DNA of 37,594 bases from a virus (IMGVR_UViG_3300048858_000142:1-37594), one strand, 5' to 3'. Positions 8,418 to 18,554 are shown, counted from the stretch's first letter. Numbers and translations are program-made. Notes: generated by a model not told the origin, from the letters alone.

Positions 8418-8975
8418 GTGTTGCAGGTGCAGGGCATCTCCATCAGCGAGTTTGCCCGGCGGGAGGGCTGCAGCCGGACCTTGGTCCAGCGCAAGATTGC
8501 GTCGAAGCACCTGAAGGCGTTGGACGACGGAACGATTGACCCGGCCCTTGTTGGCACGGGGTGGCGCCAGGGCAACCGCGCCCAGGCGCAGGGTGCAACA
8601 CGGTCAGCATCTGCTGCGCCTGTTGCAACCCTTCCGGGTGAGACGCCGGCGGAAGCCGCCGAGCGGATCGTGCTGGGAGGGACGGAGCTTCTCAGCCTCG
8701 CCGACGCGGAGACGTTGAAAGAGAACTACCTCGGACGGCTGAAGCAGCTCGAGTACGATCTGAAATCTGCTGCCGTCGTGCCTCGGGCGGATATCTCGCG
8801 CCTGGTTGGCGCCGAGTACGCAGCGGTGCGGACGAAGCTGTTGGCCATTCCTGCCGAGCAGGCGCCGCGCATTCATCGCTGCAAGACGGTGGCCGAGGTG
8901 CAGGACGTCCTGATGAGCATCGTGGTGGAGGCTCTGGAGCAACTCACCGGTGACCGAGAGCCCGCTACCGCCTGA
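8418..8975 (+). CDS. Terminase small subunit (Nu1-like)
   Basis: N-terminal wHTH ISISEFARREGCSRTLVQ; KENY...LKQLEYD...VRTKLLAIP helical region; overlaps gpA. Confidence 0.85.
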   Translation: MLQVQGISISEFARREGCSRTLVQRKIASKHLKALDDGTIDPALVGTGWRQGNRAQAQGATRSASAAPVATLPGETPAEAAERIVLGGTELLSLADAETLKENYLGRLKQLEYDLKSAAVVPRADISRLVGAEYAAVRTKLLAIPAEQAPRIHRCKTVAEVQDVLMSIVVEALEQLTGDREPATA

Positions 8976-10932
8976 GCAGGGTCGATATGACCGCGGCACC
9001 GAAGCGCTCCGCCAAGAACTCACCGAGGTTCGCCGGAAGAACCTGGCGCCACCGCCTCGGCTCACGCTGAGCCAATGGGCGGCGCGCTATGCGGTCCTGT
9101 CCCGCGAGACGAGCGCTCAGACGGGGCGCTTCACGTCCTACGCCTATCAGGACGGGATCATGGACGCGATCACCGACCCTTCGGTGACCGAGGTCACGGT
9201 GATGAAGTCGGCCCGCGTGGGCTTCACCAAGGTGCTGGACCATGTGGTCGGGTACTTCATCCATCAGGACCCATCGCCGATCCTGGTGGTGCAGCCCCGA
9301 GTTGAGGACGCGGAGGACTACAGCAGCACGGAGATCGAGCCGATGCTCCGGGATACCCCGGCGCTCGCGGAGATCGCCGGCGACCTGAAGGCCAAGGACG
9401 CAAAGCAGAAGCTGCTCAAGCGTGTGTTCCGCAACGGCTCGTCGGTTTCGTTCGTCGGGGCCAATTCGCCCGGCGGCTTCCGGCGCATCACGGCGCGGGT
9501 GATCCTGTTCGATGAGGTGGACGGCTACCCAAAGGGCGGCGCGGGGCAGGAGGGTGACCAGATCGCCCTCGGCACCAAGCGGTCCGAGACCTTCTGGAAC
9601 CGCAAGATCGTGAAAGGCTCCACCCCGACGATCAAGGGCGAGAGCCGGATCGAAAAGGCCTGGCTGCAGAGCGACCAGCGGCGGTTCTTCGTCCCTTGCC
9701 CTCACTGTGGCGAGATGCAGCCCCTGGAATGGGGCGGGCCAGACACGCCGCACGGGATCAAGTGGAAGCGCGACGACAAGGGAAACGGTGTTCTGGCGAC
9801 GGCCTACTATGCCTGCCGGGCGAATGGCTGCGTCATTGACGAGGTCGACAAGCCGGACATGGTCGCCGCCGGGGAGTGGCGGCCGACCAATCCAGGCGGC
9901 AGTCACGCGGGGTTCCACATCTGGGCCGGCTACAGCCTGCACGTGAACGCGTCCTGGCCGAAACTGGTCGAGGAATGGCTGCGGGTGAAGAGCGATCCGC
10001 TGGAGCGGCAGACCTTCATCAACCTGGTGCTCGGCGAGCCCTACGAGGACCGCGGCGACAAGGCGCTGGCGGAGACGCGGCTGCTGGCTCGCTGCGAGGC
10101 TTGGGACGCCGAGGTGCCGGATGGGGTGGCGATCATCACCGTGGGCGGCGACGTCCAGGATGACCGCATCGAGCTTGAGGTGGTCGGGTGGGGGCGGAAC
10201 GAGGAAAGCTGGTCGATTGCCCATGAGGTGATTGAGGGCGACCCGGACCTGCAATCGACCTGGGACCTGGTGGATAAGTTCCTGCTTCGGCGCTGGAGCC
10301 GAGCCGACGGGCGGACCTTCGCGGCGTCCGCGGCCTGCATCGACAGCGGCGGGCACCATACGCAGCGGGTCTACAGCTTCGCCAAGGCGCGGCTGGGGCG
10401 CCGGGTCTGGGCCATCAAAGGCGAGAGCGCCCAGGGCGGGCAGCGGTCGCCGGTGTGGCCGGCGAAGCGTCCGACGAGCAAGACGAAGGCGGCGTTCCGG
10501 CCGATCATCATCGGCGTGAACGCGGCCAAGGACGTGATCCGGGCGCGGCTTCACATCGAGAGGCCGGGGCCGGGCTACATGCATTTCCCGGCGGACCGGG
10601 ACGTGAACTACTTCGCGCAGATGACCTCCGAGCGATCGGTGGTGAAGCAGGTGCGGGGGCAGCGCTTTCGGGTCTGGGAGCTGCCGCCGGGCCGGGCCAA
10701 CGAGGCGCTCGACATTCGGGTCTACGCCTATGCGGCGCTCTGCGGGCTCTTCCACTTCGGGCTGAAGCTGAACCGCCTGGCGGATGACATTGGGGCGGCT
10801 GCGGAGCCTGTGGTGATCCCCGACGGCGTCCCGCCGGCTGAGGTGATCCAGAGCGTCGAGGCAGCGCCCGTTCCTGTCGCCCGCGTCTACCGGCCGGCCC
10901 TGCGCCGGGTCCGGTCATCCATGATGGATTGA
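8950..10932 (+). CDS. Terminase large subunit, lambda gpA family
   Basis: MKSARVGFT Walker A, ILFDEVDGY Walker B, GSTPTIKG, SDQRRFFVPCPHCG, GGDVQDDR, CIDSGGH, RANEALD motifs. Confidence 0.96.
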   Translation: MTESPLPPEQGRYDRGTEALRQELTEVRRKNLAPPPRLTLSQWAARYAVLSRETSAQTGRFTSYAYQDGIMDAITDPSVTEVTVMKSARVGFTKVLDHVVGYFIHQDPSPILVVQPRVEDAEDYSSTEIEPMLRDTPALAEIAGDLKAKDAKQKLLKRVFRNGSSVSFVGANSPGGFRRITARVILFDEVDGYPKGGAGQEGDQIALGTKRSETFWNRKIVKGSTPTIKGESRIEKAWLQSDQRRFFVPCPHCGEMQPLEWGGPDTPHGIKWKRDDKGNGVLATAYYACRANGCVIDEVDKPDMVAAGEWRPTNPGGSHAGFHIWAGYSLHVNASWPKLVEEWLRVKSDPLERQTFINLVLGEPYEDRGDKALAETRLLARCEAWDAEVPDGVAIITVGGDVQDDRIELEVVGWGRNEESWSIAHEVIEGDPDLQSTWDLVDKFLLRRWSRADGRTFAASAACIDSGGHHTQRVYSFAKARLGRRVWAIKGESAQGGQRSPVWPAKRPTSKTKAAFRPIIIGVNAAKDVIRARLHIERPGPGYMHFPADRDVNYFAQMTSERSVVKQVRGQRFRVWELPPGRANEALDIRVYAYAALCGLFHFGLKLNRLADDIGAAAEPVVIPDGVPPAEVIQSVEAAPVPVARVYRPALRRVRSSMMD

Positions 10933-10942
10933 GGAGGAAGCC

Positions 10943-11212
10943 ATGAGCGACGCGCTGCCTTCTCTGATGACGCCGCAGGGCGAACTCGTGACGTGGCTGA
11001 CCCGGCTCGACGGGCTGCTGAGCATCCAGGCCAACGGCCTCTCTCGGGTCCAGCATGGTGATCGCACCGTGCAGTACCAGTCGGCGGCCGATGTCGCGGC
11101 CGCGATCAAGGTTGCGCGAAAGGAGATACAGAGGCTGCAGATTGCCCTCGGCTTGCTCCCTGCGCCGCGGGCCGTGCGGCAGGTGACGTTCATCGCCGGC
11201 AAGGGCTTCTGA
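10943..11212 (+). CDS. Head-tail joining protein (gpW-like)
   Basis: RVQHGDRTVQYQSAADV..AI motif; between terminase and portal; SD GAGGAGG. Confidence 0.8.
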   Translation: MSDALPSLMTPQGELVTWLTRLDGLLSIQANGLSRVQHGDRTVQYQSAADVAAAIKVARKEIQRLQIALGLLPAPRAVRQVTFIAGKGF

Positions 11213-12777
11213 TGGGCGTCCTGTCCCGCATAGGCGGCCGTCTGTTCGGCGCGCAGACCCATTGGCCGAACTTCGGCGGAAACGGCACGCAAGGGTTAGA
11301 GGCTGGCGCCGGCGCGCGTCGCCTTCGGAACTTCCGGCCCGGTCCATCGCACGTCAACACGCTGATCGCGGGTGCGGGAAAGACCGTCACGGAGCGTGCC
11401 CGCTGGCTGGTGCGGAACAACGAATATGCGATCAACGCCGTCGACTGGTGGCGGAGCGCGATCGTCGGTCCGGGCATCACGCCTTCCTGGGGTGTGGAAG
11501 ACCAAGCCTTGAAGAAGGCTCTGCGCTCGGCCTGGGACGACTGGACCGACGAGGCGGACGCCGAAGGGCTGACCGACTTCTACGGCCTGATGCGTCGCGG
11601 CGCGGGCGAAGCGTTCATCACGGGGGAGGTCTTCTACCGCCTCCGCTATCGCCGGCCCGAGGATGGCCTTACGGTCCCGCTCCAGCTCCAGTTGATGCCC
11701 TCCGAGATGCTGGACGCGAACGACAACCGCGTCCTGCCCAGCGGCAATGTGGTCCGGCAGGGTGTGGAGTTCGACCTAATCGGCCGGCGCGTCGCCTATC
11801 ACTTCTGGCGGGTACACCCTGCTGACAGCACGGAGCAAACCGGCCTCTCAGGGCAGAAGACCCGTGTTCCGGCGGATGAGGTCATCCACCTCTTCGACCC
11901 GGTCGAGGCTGGGCAAATCCGCGGCCTTTCGCGCTTCTCGAACGTGGTGGTGAAGCTCTTCACGCTGGACCAGTACGACGACGCCGAGCTTGAGCGGAAG
12001 AAGACGGCGGCCCTGTTCGCGGGCTTCATCCGACGCCCCGCCGAGCTAGACCCGGAGGAGACCATCGTTGGCAGCGTGCTGCCTGCGGGAGCCGGGGATC
12101 TTGCGGCTAGCTATGCGGTCGATGACGTCGCAGTGGCCGGCCTTGAGCCTGGCACGATGCAGATGCTGAACCCCGGCGAGGAGGTTGCCTTCAGTGCGCC
12201 GGCCGACGTCGGCGGGAACTACGAGGCCTTCCAGTACCGCGCCCTCCTGCGCATCGCGGTCGGGCTGGGCGTGCCCTACCACGGCCTCACCGGTGACATG
12301 ACCAAGGGGAACTACGGGAACACGCGCGCCTCCTCGCTCGATGCAAAGCGGCGCACCGAGGCCTTTCAGTGGTCCGTGATGATCTTTGGCTTCTGCCGCC
12401 GGGTGGCGCAGGCATGGACCGTCCAGGCCGCGCTGGCCGGAGCGGTGCCAAGCATCTCCCGTGAAGCTTTCCTGCGCAGCCCCAAGTCTTTCAGCAAGAT
12501 CCGCTGGATGCCGCCGCCCTGGGGATGGGTTGACCCGAAGAAGGATGTCGAGGCGGACGCGCTGGCCGTGGAGAAGGGCTTCAAGGCCCGGTCCGAGGTC
12601 ATGGAGGCGAACGGCTACGACGCCGAGGAAACCGATCGTCGGCGGGCAGAGGACAAGGCCCGCGAGGATCGGCTGGGACTTGCGCCTGCGGCCGCTCCGG
12701 CAGCGCCCCAGGCGCCCGCGGCGCCTCCCGAGGAGGATGACGCGGATCCAGCTAAGCCGGTAGGAACCGAGGAGTAG
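11212..12777 (+). CDS. Portal protein, lambda family
   Basis: RARWLVRNN.YA, DFYGL, GEVF, VPLQLQL...EML, GVEFD..GRRVAYH, GQIRGLS, LTGD....NY, WVDPKKD. Confidence 0.95.
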   Translation: MGVLSRIGGRLFGAQTHWPNFGGNGTQGLEAGAGARRLRNFRPGPSHVNTLIAGAGKTVTERARWLVRNNEYAINAVDWWRSAIVGPGITPSWGVEDQALKKALRSAWDDWTDEADAEGLTDFYGLMRRGAGEAFITGEVFYRLRYRRPEDGLTVPLQLQLMPSEMLDANDNRVLPSGNVVRQGVEFDLIGRRVAYHFWRVHPADSTEQTGLSGQKTRVPADEVIHLFDPVEAGQIRGLSRFSNVVVKLFTLDQYDDAELERKKTAALFAGFIRRPAELDPEETIVGSVLPAGAGDLAASYAVDDVAVAGLEPGTMQMLNPGEEVAFSAPADVGGNYEAFQYRALLRIAVGLGVPYHGLTGDMTKGNYGNTRASSLDAKRRTEAFQWSVMIFGFCRRVAQAWTVQAALAGAVPSISREAFLRSPKSFSKIRWMPPPWGWVDPKKDVEADALAVEKGFKARSEVMEANGYDAEETDRRRAEDKAREDRLGLAPAAAPAAPQAPAAPPEEDDADPAKPVGTEE

Positions 12778-12780
12778 CCA

Positions 12781-14037
12781 ATGCCACATCTACCGCATGT
12801 GGCGGCGCGCCTCTTCGGCACGCCGCTGATGGTGCATGAAGGAAAGCTAAGGGCGATCCTGGGCGGGCTCGGCCCGCGGCTCGGGGTTCAGCCCAAGGCT
12901 TTCGACGAAGACGACTACGACCTGCCGCGGCCAGCCCGCCGGCCCTACGCGGTGACGCCCAGCGGCATCGCCCTGGTTCCGGTGGTCGGCATCCTCGCAA
13001 ACCGCGCCGGCCGGATCGATGCGTCCAGCTCGCCCATGCGCGGGTACGAGGGGATTGTCTCCGACGTGCGCACCGCCCTGGCGGATCAGTCCGTGCGCGG
13101 CATCGTCTTCGACATGGAGACACCCGGCGGAGAGGCGTTGGGCTGCTTCGACGCGGCCAAGGCCTTGGCAGCCATGCGCGGCCAGAAGCCCATCATCGCC
13201 TGCGCCAATGCCTACGCCTACTCCGCTGGCTACGCGATTGCCTCTGCGGCGGACGCGATCTTCGTGCCGCAATCGGGCGAGGTCGGGTCCATCGGCGTGG
13301 TGGCAGTCCATGTGGATCAGTCCGGCGCCGACGAGCAGGACGGGCTGGCCTTCGAGTACATCTTCCAAGGCGCGCACAAGGTGGATGGTCACCCCCATGC
13401 ACCTCTGAGCGATGAGGCGCGGACCGACATCCAGCGCCAGGTCGCCCACCTCTACGACCTCTTCGTCAATGGCGTGGCAGAGAACCGACGGATGGACGCG
13501 GGGAAGGTCCGCGCCACCGAGGCCCGCTGCCTGAACGCCGAAGAGGCCATCGCTGCCGGCATCGCTGACCAGATCGGAACCCTCGGCGACGCGATCGCTG
13601 AGGCCGAGCGGCGTGCTGTCCAGAGCTTACCGACACGCGGCCGGATCGCCGCGCGCAACCCTTCCTCGAAAGGAAGCCGTATGACTGACGAAGAAACGGC
13701 TGCGCGCGAAGCCGCAGCCGCCAACGAGCAGGCCCTGGCCAGCGCGCGCACGGAGGCGGCTGCCGCCGCCACCCAGGCAGCTCTGGCCGAGGCGGCGAGC
13801 ATCATGGAGCTCTGCGCCCTCGCGGGGCGGCCCCAGGACGCCGCGGCTCACATCAAGGCCGGCAAGACCCGCGGCGAAGTCGCCGAGGCGCTCCTGCAGG
13901 CCAAGGCGGCCGAGCAGGCCACCATCCCGACCAACACCGCCCACCCGGTGGGCGCCGAGGCTGCCGCGGATCCCAAGGACCCGCATGGCTGGAACGCATC
14001 CATCGCCCGCGTGTGCGGCGCGCAGAAGGGAGCCTGA
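12781..14037 (+). CDS. S49 capsid maturation protease with C-terminal scaffold region (gpC-like)
   Basis: DMETPGGE, AYSAGYAIASAAD, VGSIGVVAVHVD S49 motifs; Ala-rich C-terminus. Confidence 0.92.
   Translation: MPHLPHVAARLFGTPLMVHEGKLRAILGGLGPRLGVQPKAFDEDDYDLPRPARRPYAVTPSGIALVPVVGILANRAGRIDASSSPMRGYEGIVSDVRTALADQSVRGIVFDMETPGGEALGCFDAAKALAAMRGQKPIIACANAYAYSAGYAIASAADAIFVPQSGEVGSIGVVAVHVDQSGADEQDGLAFEYIFQGAHKVDGHPHAPLSDEARTDIQRQVAHLYDLFVNGVAENRRMDAGKVRATEARCLNAEEAIAAGIADQIGTLGDAIAEAERRAVQSLPTRGRIAARNPSSKGSRMTDEETAAREAAAANEQALASARTEAAAAATQAALAEAASIMELCALAGRPQDAAAHIKAGKTRGEVAEALLQAKAAEQATIPTNTAHPVGAEAAADPKDPHGWNASIARVCGAQKGA
13681..14037 (+). CDS. Putative nested in-frame scaffolding protein (Nu3-like)
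   Basis: Internal AAAGGA SD (13669-13674) before ATG 13681 at the protease/Ala-rich boundary. Confidence 0.55.
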   Translation: MTDEETAAREAAAANEQALASARTEAAAAATQAALAEAASIMELCALAGRPQDAAAHIKAGKTRGEVAEALLQAKAAEQATIPTNTAHPVGAEAAADPKDPHGWNASIARVCGAQKGA

Positions 14038-14040
14038 TCC

Positions 14041-14406
14041 ATGGTCGCTGTTCCATATGGCCGGGGTCCCGGCCACTTCATCGCCGGCGAGGCGAACTTC
14101 TGGCGTTCCCGCCAGCACGAGACGTTGATCACGGGGCAGAACCTCGTGGCCGGCACCGTGCTGGGGCGGATCACGGCCAGCGGCAAGCTGACGCAGCACG
14201 CCGCCGGCGCCGCCGATGGTAGCCAGAACGCCATGGGCATCCTGTTCGAGGACACGGATGCCACCGCCGAAGACAAGCGCGTGGTCATCCTGGCACGCGA
14301 TTTCGAGGCCGATGGCCAGGCACTGACCTGGGCCGCCGGCATTTCCGCCCCCAACAAGGCCACCGCCATCGCCGCTCTGCTGGCGCTCGGCATCGTCGTG
14401 CGCTGA
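14041..14406 (+). CDS. Head decoration protein (gpD-like)
   Basis: NLVAGTVLGRITASGK......ADGSQNAMGIL..D.DAT; between protease and capsid. Confidence 0.88.
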   Translation: MVAVPYGRGPGHFIAGEANFWRSRQHETLITGQNLVAGTVLGRITASGKLTQHAAGAADGSQNAMGILFEDTDATAEDKRVVILARDFEADGQALTWAAGISAPNKATAIAALLALGIVVR

Positions 14407-14420
14407 AGGAGCCCTGACAC

Positions 14421-15434
14421 ATGGCTGCCCTGGATATCCTCTCCAACCCGGTATTCAGCCCGATCGCCCTGACCCGGGCGATGCGGGTGATGCCCTATGT
14501 TCCCGGCTTCCTCGGAAGCCTGAACCTGTTCGGCGTGGATCGCATTCGCGACACCCGCGTCGCGCTGCGCCGCATCAACGGCAAGGTGACGCTGATCCCG
14601 ACGACCGAGCGCGGCGGCGATCCTGTCATCGGCAGCGACGAGACCGGGGACGAGGTCTATCTGAAGACCCCGCGTCTCGCGAAGCGCCAGCGGAAGCAGG
14701 CCCATGCCCTGCAGAACCTGCGCAGCCTCGACGGCACCAACGAACTGATGACCGTGCAGGACGAGATCACCCGCATCCAGGCGAACCAGCGCCAGGATCT
14801 GGAGCTGACCATGGAGTATCACCGGATGGGGGCCATCACTGGCCGCCTCCTGGATGCCGATGGCACGCGGGTGCTGGCCAACTTCTACTCGCTGTTCGGC
14901 ATCTCCGAGCCGGCGCTGATCGACATGCGGCTCGATGAGCCGGACGCCGACATCCGCGGCATCGTGACCGGCATCGTCCGCACCATGCGCACGCAGGGCA
15001 AGGGCGCAGTGACCATCCGGTCCCGCATCATAGCCCTGTGCGGCGACAACTTCTGGGACGCTCTGATCGGCCACAAGCAGGTGGTCGAAACCTACCGGGC
15101 CCAGGAAGGTGCGCGTCTCCGGGAAGGGGTGGCCTATGGCACGCTCGACTTCGGTGGCGTGACCTGGGTGAACTACCGCGGCACAGATGACGGCACGACG
15201 GTGTCCATTAACACCGACCAGGCCCGCTTCTTTCCGACCAATGCCCCGGACGTGTTCGGTGTCGCCTTCTCGCCCTTCGAGGGCGAGGACTTCGTGAACA
15301 CCCCGGGCGAGGACGTCTATTCCATCGTCGTCCGTGACATGGAGCGGGGCTTCTGGTTCCAGCCGGAGATCTACTCCTACCCGCTCCACTACTGCCGCAT
15401 GCCTGAGCTGCTGCTCCGCGCGAAGAAGTTCTGA
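14421..15434 (+). CDS. Major capsid protein, lambda gpE family
   Basis: FS...LT.A....PYVPG.LG.L.LF, TMEYHRMGAI.G.LLDADG, FVNTPG...Y, SYPL.YC..PELL. Confidence 0.93.
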   Translation: MAALDILSNPVFSPIALTRAMRVMPYVPGFLGSLNLFGVDRIRDTRVALRRINGKVTLIPTTERGGDPVIGSDETGDEVYLKTPRLAKRQRKQAHALQNLRSLDGTNELMTVQDEITRIQANQRQDLELTMEYHRMGAITGRLLDADGTRVLANFYSLFGISEPALIDMRLDEPDADIRGIVTGIVRTMRTQGKGAVTIRSRIIALCGDNFWDALIGHKQVVETYRAQEGARLREGVAYGTLDFGGVTWVNYRGTDDGTTVSINTDQARFFPTNAPDVFGVAFSPFEGEDFVNTPGEDVYSIVVRDMERGFWFQPEIYSYPLHYCRMPELLLRAKKF

Positions 15435-15453
15435 TCCAGGCGGGGCGTTGACC

Positions 15454-15783
15454 GTGATCGACTTCGACGCGCTGCTCAACGCCCCGATCTACGACACCTT
15501 TGCCGAGCCGGTGACCTATGCCCGGCCGGACGAGCCGCCCTTCCAGGTGCGGGGCGTCTTCAACCACAAGCACCTGCCCATCGAGTTCGGCGACGGCGCC
15601 GCTATGTCGGCCGAGCAGGTCAACATTCGGGTCCGGCTGTCCGACTTCCCGCCACTGGTGGCGCCGGGGCAAGGGGATCGGCTGCAGGTCCGTGGCGCGA
15701 CCTGGTTCGTCCAGGACGTGCAGAACCAGGGTGAGGGAGAGGCGATGCTGATCCTTTCCGCCCGCTCCCCGGTCGACGGCTGA
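15454..15783 (+). CDS. Head-tail joining protein
   Basis: IDFDALLNAP....FAEPVTY....VRGVF...QGDRL....W.V.DV..G.G pattern; follows capsid gene. Confidence 0.75.
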   Translation: MIDFDALLNAPIYDTFAEPVTYARPDEPPFQVRGVFNHKHLPIEFGDGAAMSAEQVNIRVRLSDFPPLVAPGQGDRLQVRGATWFVQDVQNQGEGEAMLILSARSPVDG

Positions 15784-15786
15784 ACC

Positions 15787-16413
15787 ATGCCGCTTCCCAT
15801 ACGGGCTTCCGTGCGCGAGGCGGCGCTGGCGCTGCTGCGCGAGCATGTGCCGCAGGTGGATGGTCGGGTGCATTCCGCCCGCGCCTGGCCGCTGCCTGTG
15901 GGCGCGGAGCGCAAGAGCCTGCCAGCCCTCCTGGTCTACGCCTTCCGGGAACGGAAGGTGCCGACCGGCAACCTTGGGCCGCCAAGCTTCGACACGACGG
16001 TGACGCTGCAGATCATGGCCCGGGCGTCGGGCAAACGTGAGGCCGATGTCGAGGCCACGCTGGACGAGATCAGCGGCGCCATAGAGGAAGGGCTGCTGGA
16101 GGATCCGAACTTCGTCTCCAGCCTGTCCTCCGTCGGCAACATCGACACGACCGTCGACATCCGCGCTGAGGGTGACCTGATCGTCGGTGAGGCCGCCATC
16201 TCCATCGACGTCACCTGGGGCGAGGACTTCCAGCCCCGGCTGCCGCACTTCTTCACCGGCGCCGACGTGCGGGTTGATGCGATCGACCCCGCGGACCGGG
16301 TGGGCGCCTACGTGGCGCCGGAGCCTTGGCCCCAGCCGGAGCCGCCACCCCGCAAGACCGGCCCCGATGGCCGCGCCGAGTGGGAATTCCCCGTCAACCC
16401 GCCCCTAGCCTGA
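15787..16413 (+). CDS. Putative tail terminator/neck protein
   Basis: Position before sheath; RV..AR.WP.....LPALLVY and GPDGR.E motifs seen in Mu-like tail modules. Confidence 0.6.
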   Translation: MPLPIRASVREAALALLREHVPQVDGRVHSARAWPLPVGAERKSLPALLVYAFRERKVPTGNLGPPSFDTTVTLQIMARASGKREADVEATLDEISGAIEEGLLEDPNFVSSLSSVGNIDTTVDIRAEGDLIVGEAAISIDVTWGEDFQPRLPHFFTGADVRVDAIDPADRVGAYVAPEPWPQPEPPPRKTGPDGRAEWEFPVNPPLA

Positions 16414-16425
16414 GGAGGTCCCCAC

Positions 16426-17904
16426 GTGGCCGTAGGCTTCAACACGATCCCCGCCGACCTCCGCATCCCTCTCTTTTGGGCGGAGTTTGACAACTCGCAG
16501 GCCGGCTATGGCAGCGGGGTCAAGCGCACCCTGATCATCGGCCAGACCGTCACAACGCTGTCCGGCTCCATGACCTGGCCGCGGCTGGTGACGACCTATG
16601 AGGAGGCCGCCGGCCTCTTCGGGCTGGGCAGCATGCTGGCCAACATGGTGAAGGCCTATCGGGCCAACGACACCTTCGGCGAACTGTGGGTCTATCCCTT
16701 CGTCGACGTGACCGCAGGGGTCGCCGCGACGGGCACCATCACCGCGTCGGGCACGGCCACGGCTGCCGGCACCCTGGCGCTCTATGTGGCCGGCACGCTG
16801 GTCCCTGTGGGCATCACGGCCGGCATGACCGCAGCACAGACCGCTACAGCCATCGCGACCGCGATCAACGCCAATACCACCCTCCCGGTGACCGCCTCGG
16901 CCGCCACGGCCGTCGTGACCGTCACGGCCCGCCACAAGGGCACGCTCGGCAACGGCATCGACCTGCGGGCAAACTACCGCGGCGGCGCCGGTAACGAGAG
17001 CCTGCCTGCCGGACTGGGCGTGGCCATCGTTGCCATGTCGGGCGGCACCACCGACCCCGACCTCGCGCCGCTTGGCGCCGCCCTGGGTGACGAGGAGTTC
17101 GACTTCGTCGTCTCGCCCTACACCGGCACCGGCCAGCTCGACGCGATCCGCGACATCATGGGCGACACGACCGGCCGCTGGTCGTGGCAGCGCCAGGCCT
17201 ATGGCCACGTCTTCTCCATGAAGGCCGGCGATGCTGCGGCGCTGCAGGCCTTTGGCGCGGCCAGGAACGACCAGCACGCCACGATCCTGGGCGTGGATGG
17301 CAGCCCCACCCCGCCCTATGAGTGGGCCGCCGCCTACGCGGGCGCCGCTGCCGTCTCGCTCCGTGCCGACCCGGCCCGGCCGCTCCAGACCGTGCCCATT
17401 CGCGGAGTGCTGGCGCCCGACATCGGCAAGCGCTTCCCCCGCACCACGCAGCAGACGCTCCTTTCCTCCGGCGTGGCTCTGGCCGACTTCGCCCGGGACG
17501 GCAGCGCCATGATCCTGCGCGCGGTCACCACCTACCAGCGGAACAAGTGGGCCCAGGCCGATCTCTCCTACCTCGACACCGAGGTGCTCTACATCGCGAT
17601 GGAGGTGATCCGCCGGCTGCGCTCGGTCGTCACCCAGAAGTTCGCGCGCTCGAAGCTGGCGAACGACGGCACGCGCTTCGGCGCCGGCCAGCCGATCGTC
17701 ACGCCGAAGATCATCAAGGCTGAGCTGGTGGCGCAGTACGCCATCATGGAGGAGGAGGGGCTGGTCGAGAACGCCCAGGCCTTCGCCGCGGCCACCATCG
17801 TGGAGCGCAGCACGACGGACGTCTCGCGTGTGAACGTCCTCTACGCGCCCGACTTCATCAACGGCCTGCGGGTGCTGGCCGTCCTCGCCCAGTTCCGTTC
17901 ATAG
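16426..17904 (+). CDS. Contractile tail sheath protein (Mu gpL-like)
   Basis: FNTIPADLRIPLF.AEFDNS.A, FG.GSMLA.M, DPARPLQT, R.VTTYQ.N, KFAR.KLA.DGTRF..GQ.IVTP; SD GAGGAGG. Confidence 0.96.
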   Translation: MAVGFNTIPADLRIPLFWAEFDNSQAGYGSGVKRTLIIGQTVTTLSGSMTWPRLVTTYEEAAGLFGLGSMLANMVKAYRANDTFGELWVYPFVDVTAGVAATGTITASGTATAAGTLALYVAGTLVPVGITAGMTAAQTATAIATAINANTTLPVTASAATAVVTVTARHKGTLGNGIDLRANYRGGAGNESLPAGLGVAIVAMSGGTTDPDLAPLGAALGDEEFDFVVSPYTGTGQLDAIRDIMGDTTGRWSWQRQAYGHVFSMKAGDAAALQAFGAARNDQHATILGVDGSPTPPYEWAAAYAGAAAVSLRADPARPLQTVPIRGVLAPDIGKRFPRTTQQTLLSSGVALADFARDGSAMILRAVTTYQRNKWAQADLSYLDTEVLYIAMEVIRRLRSVVTQKFARSKLANDGTRFGAGQPIVTPKIIKAELVAQYAIMEEEGLVENAQAFAAATIVERSTTDVSRVNVLYAPDFINGLRVLAVLAQFRS

Positions 17905-17916
17905 GGGTAGGCCAGC

Positions 17917-18276
17917 ATGGCAAACAAGCGAGTAGTCGGCACCTGCTACGTCTACCAGGACGGGCGGCAGGTCAGCCTCGGCGGGACCTTCAACATCGGG
18001 GTCAGCTCGGTGAACCGGGAAGACGTTGTCGGCCTCTCCGGGCCGGTCGGCGTCAAGGAGGCTTGGGTCCGCCCCTACATGGAGGCCGAGATCATCAAGA
18101 CCCCCGACCTGCGGCTCACCGACCTGGAGAAGATCACCGACGCGACCATCACGGCCGAGCTGGCGGATGGCACGACGGTGGTCCTCTACAACGCCTGCCA
18201 GATCGGCGAGCTTGAATATGCTGGCGCGGACGGCACCGTCACCGTGCGCTGGTCCGGCTCGATGATGGAGATCTGA
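17917..18276 (+). CDS. Tail tube protein (Mu gpM-like)
   Basis: GTCYV..DG, RE.V.GLSG..G.KE....PY.E, TITAELADG. Confidence 0.9.
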   Translation: MANKRVVGTCYVYQDGRQVSLGGTFNIGVSSVNREDVVGLSGPVGVKEAWVRPYMEAEIIKTPDLRLTDLEKITDATITAELADGTTVVLYNACQIGELEYAGADGTVTVRWSGSMMEI

Positions 18277-18278
18277 GC

Positions 18279-18554
18279 GTGAGCGATCGCGTCAAGCTGG
18301 CCCTCTCCGCGCCGATCACCGCGCACGGCAATCAGGTCTCCGAACTCAGCTTCCGTCCGATGACCGGCAAGGATCTCCGCACCTGCGGGTTCCCGGTCAA
18401 GGGTGACAGCATCGACGCGGCGGTGGTGCATCGCCTAATCGCGACGCTCGCCGAGGTGCCGCCGTCTTCCATTGATGATCTGTCCGCAGCCGATTGGACC
18501 GCGGCGTTCAACGTGGTGCAGGATTTTTTGGTGGCGCCGACATCCGGGAGATAG
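18279..18554 (+). CDS. Tail assembly chaperone
   Basis: LS.PI.AHG..V.EL.FR..TGKDL..CG.P...LAEVPPSSI..L...D; slippery site near 3' end. Confidence 0.88.
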   Translation: MSDRVKLALSAPITAHGNQVSELSFRPMTGKDLRTCGFPVKGDSIDAAVVHRLIATLAEVPPSSIDDLSAADWTAAFNVVQDFLVAPTSGR

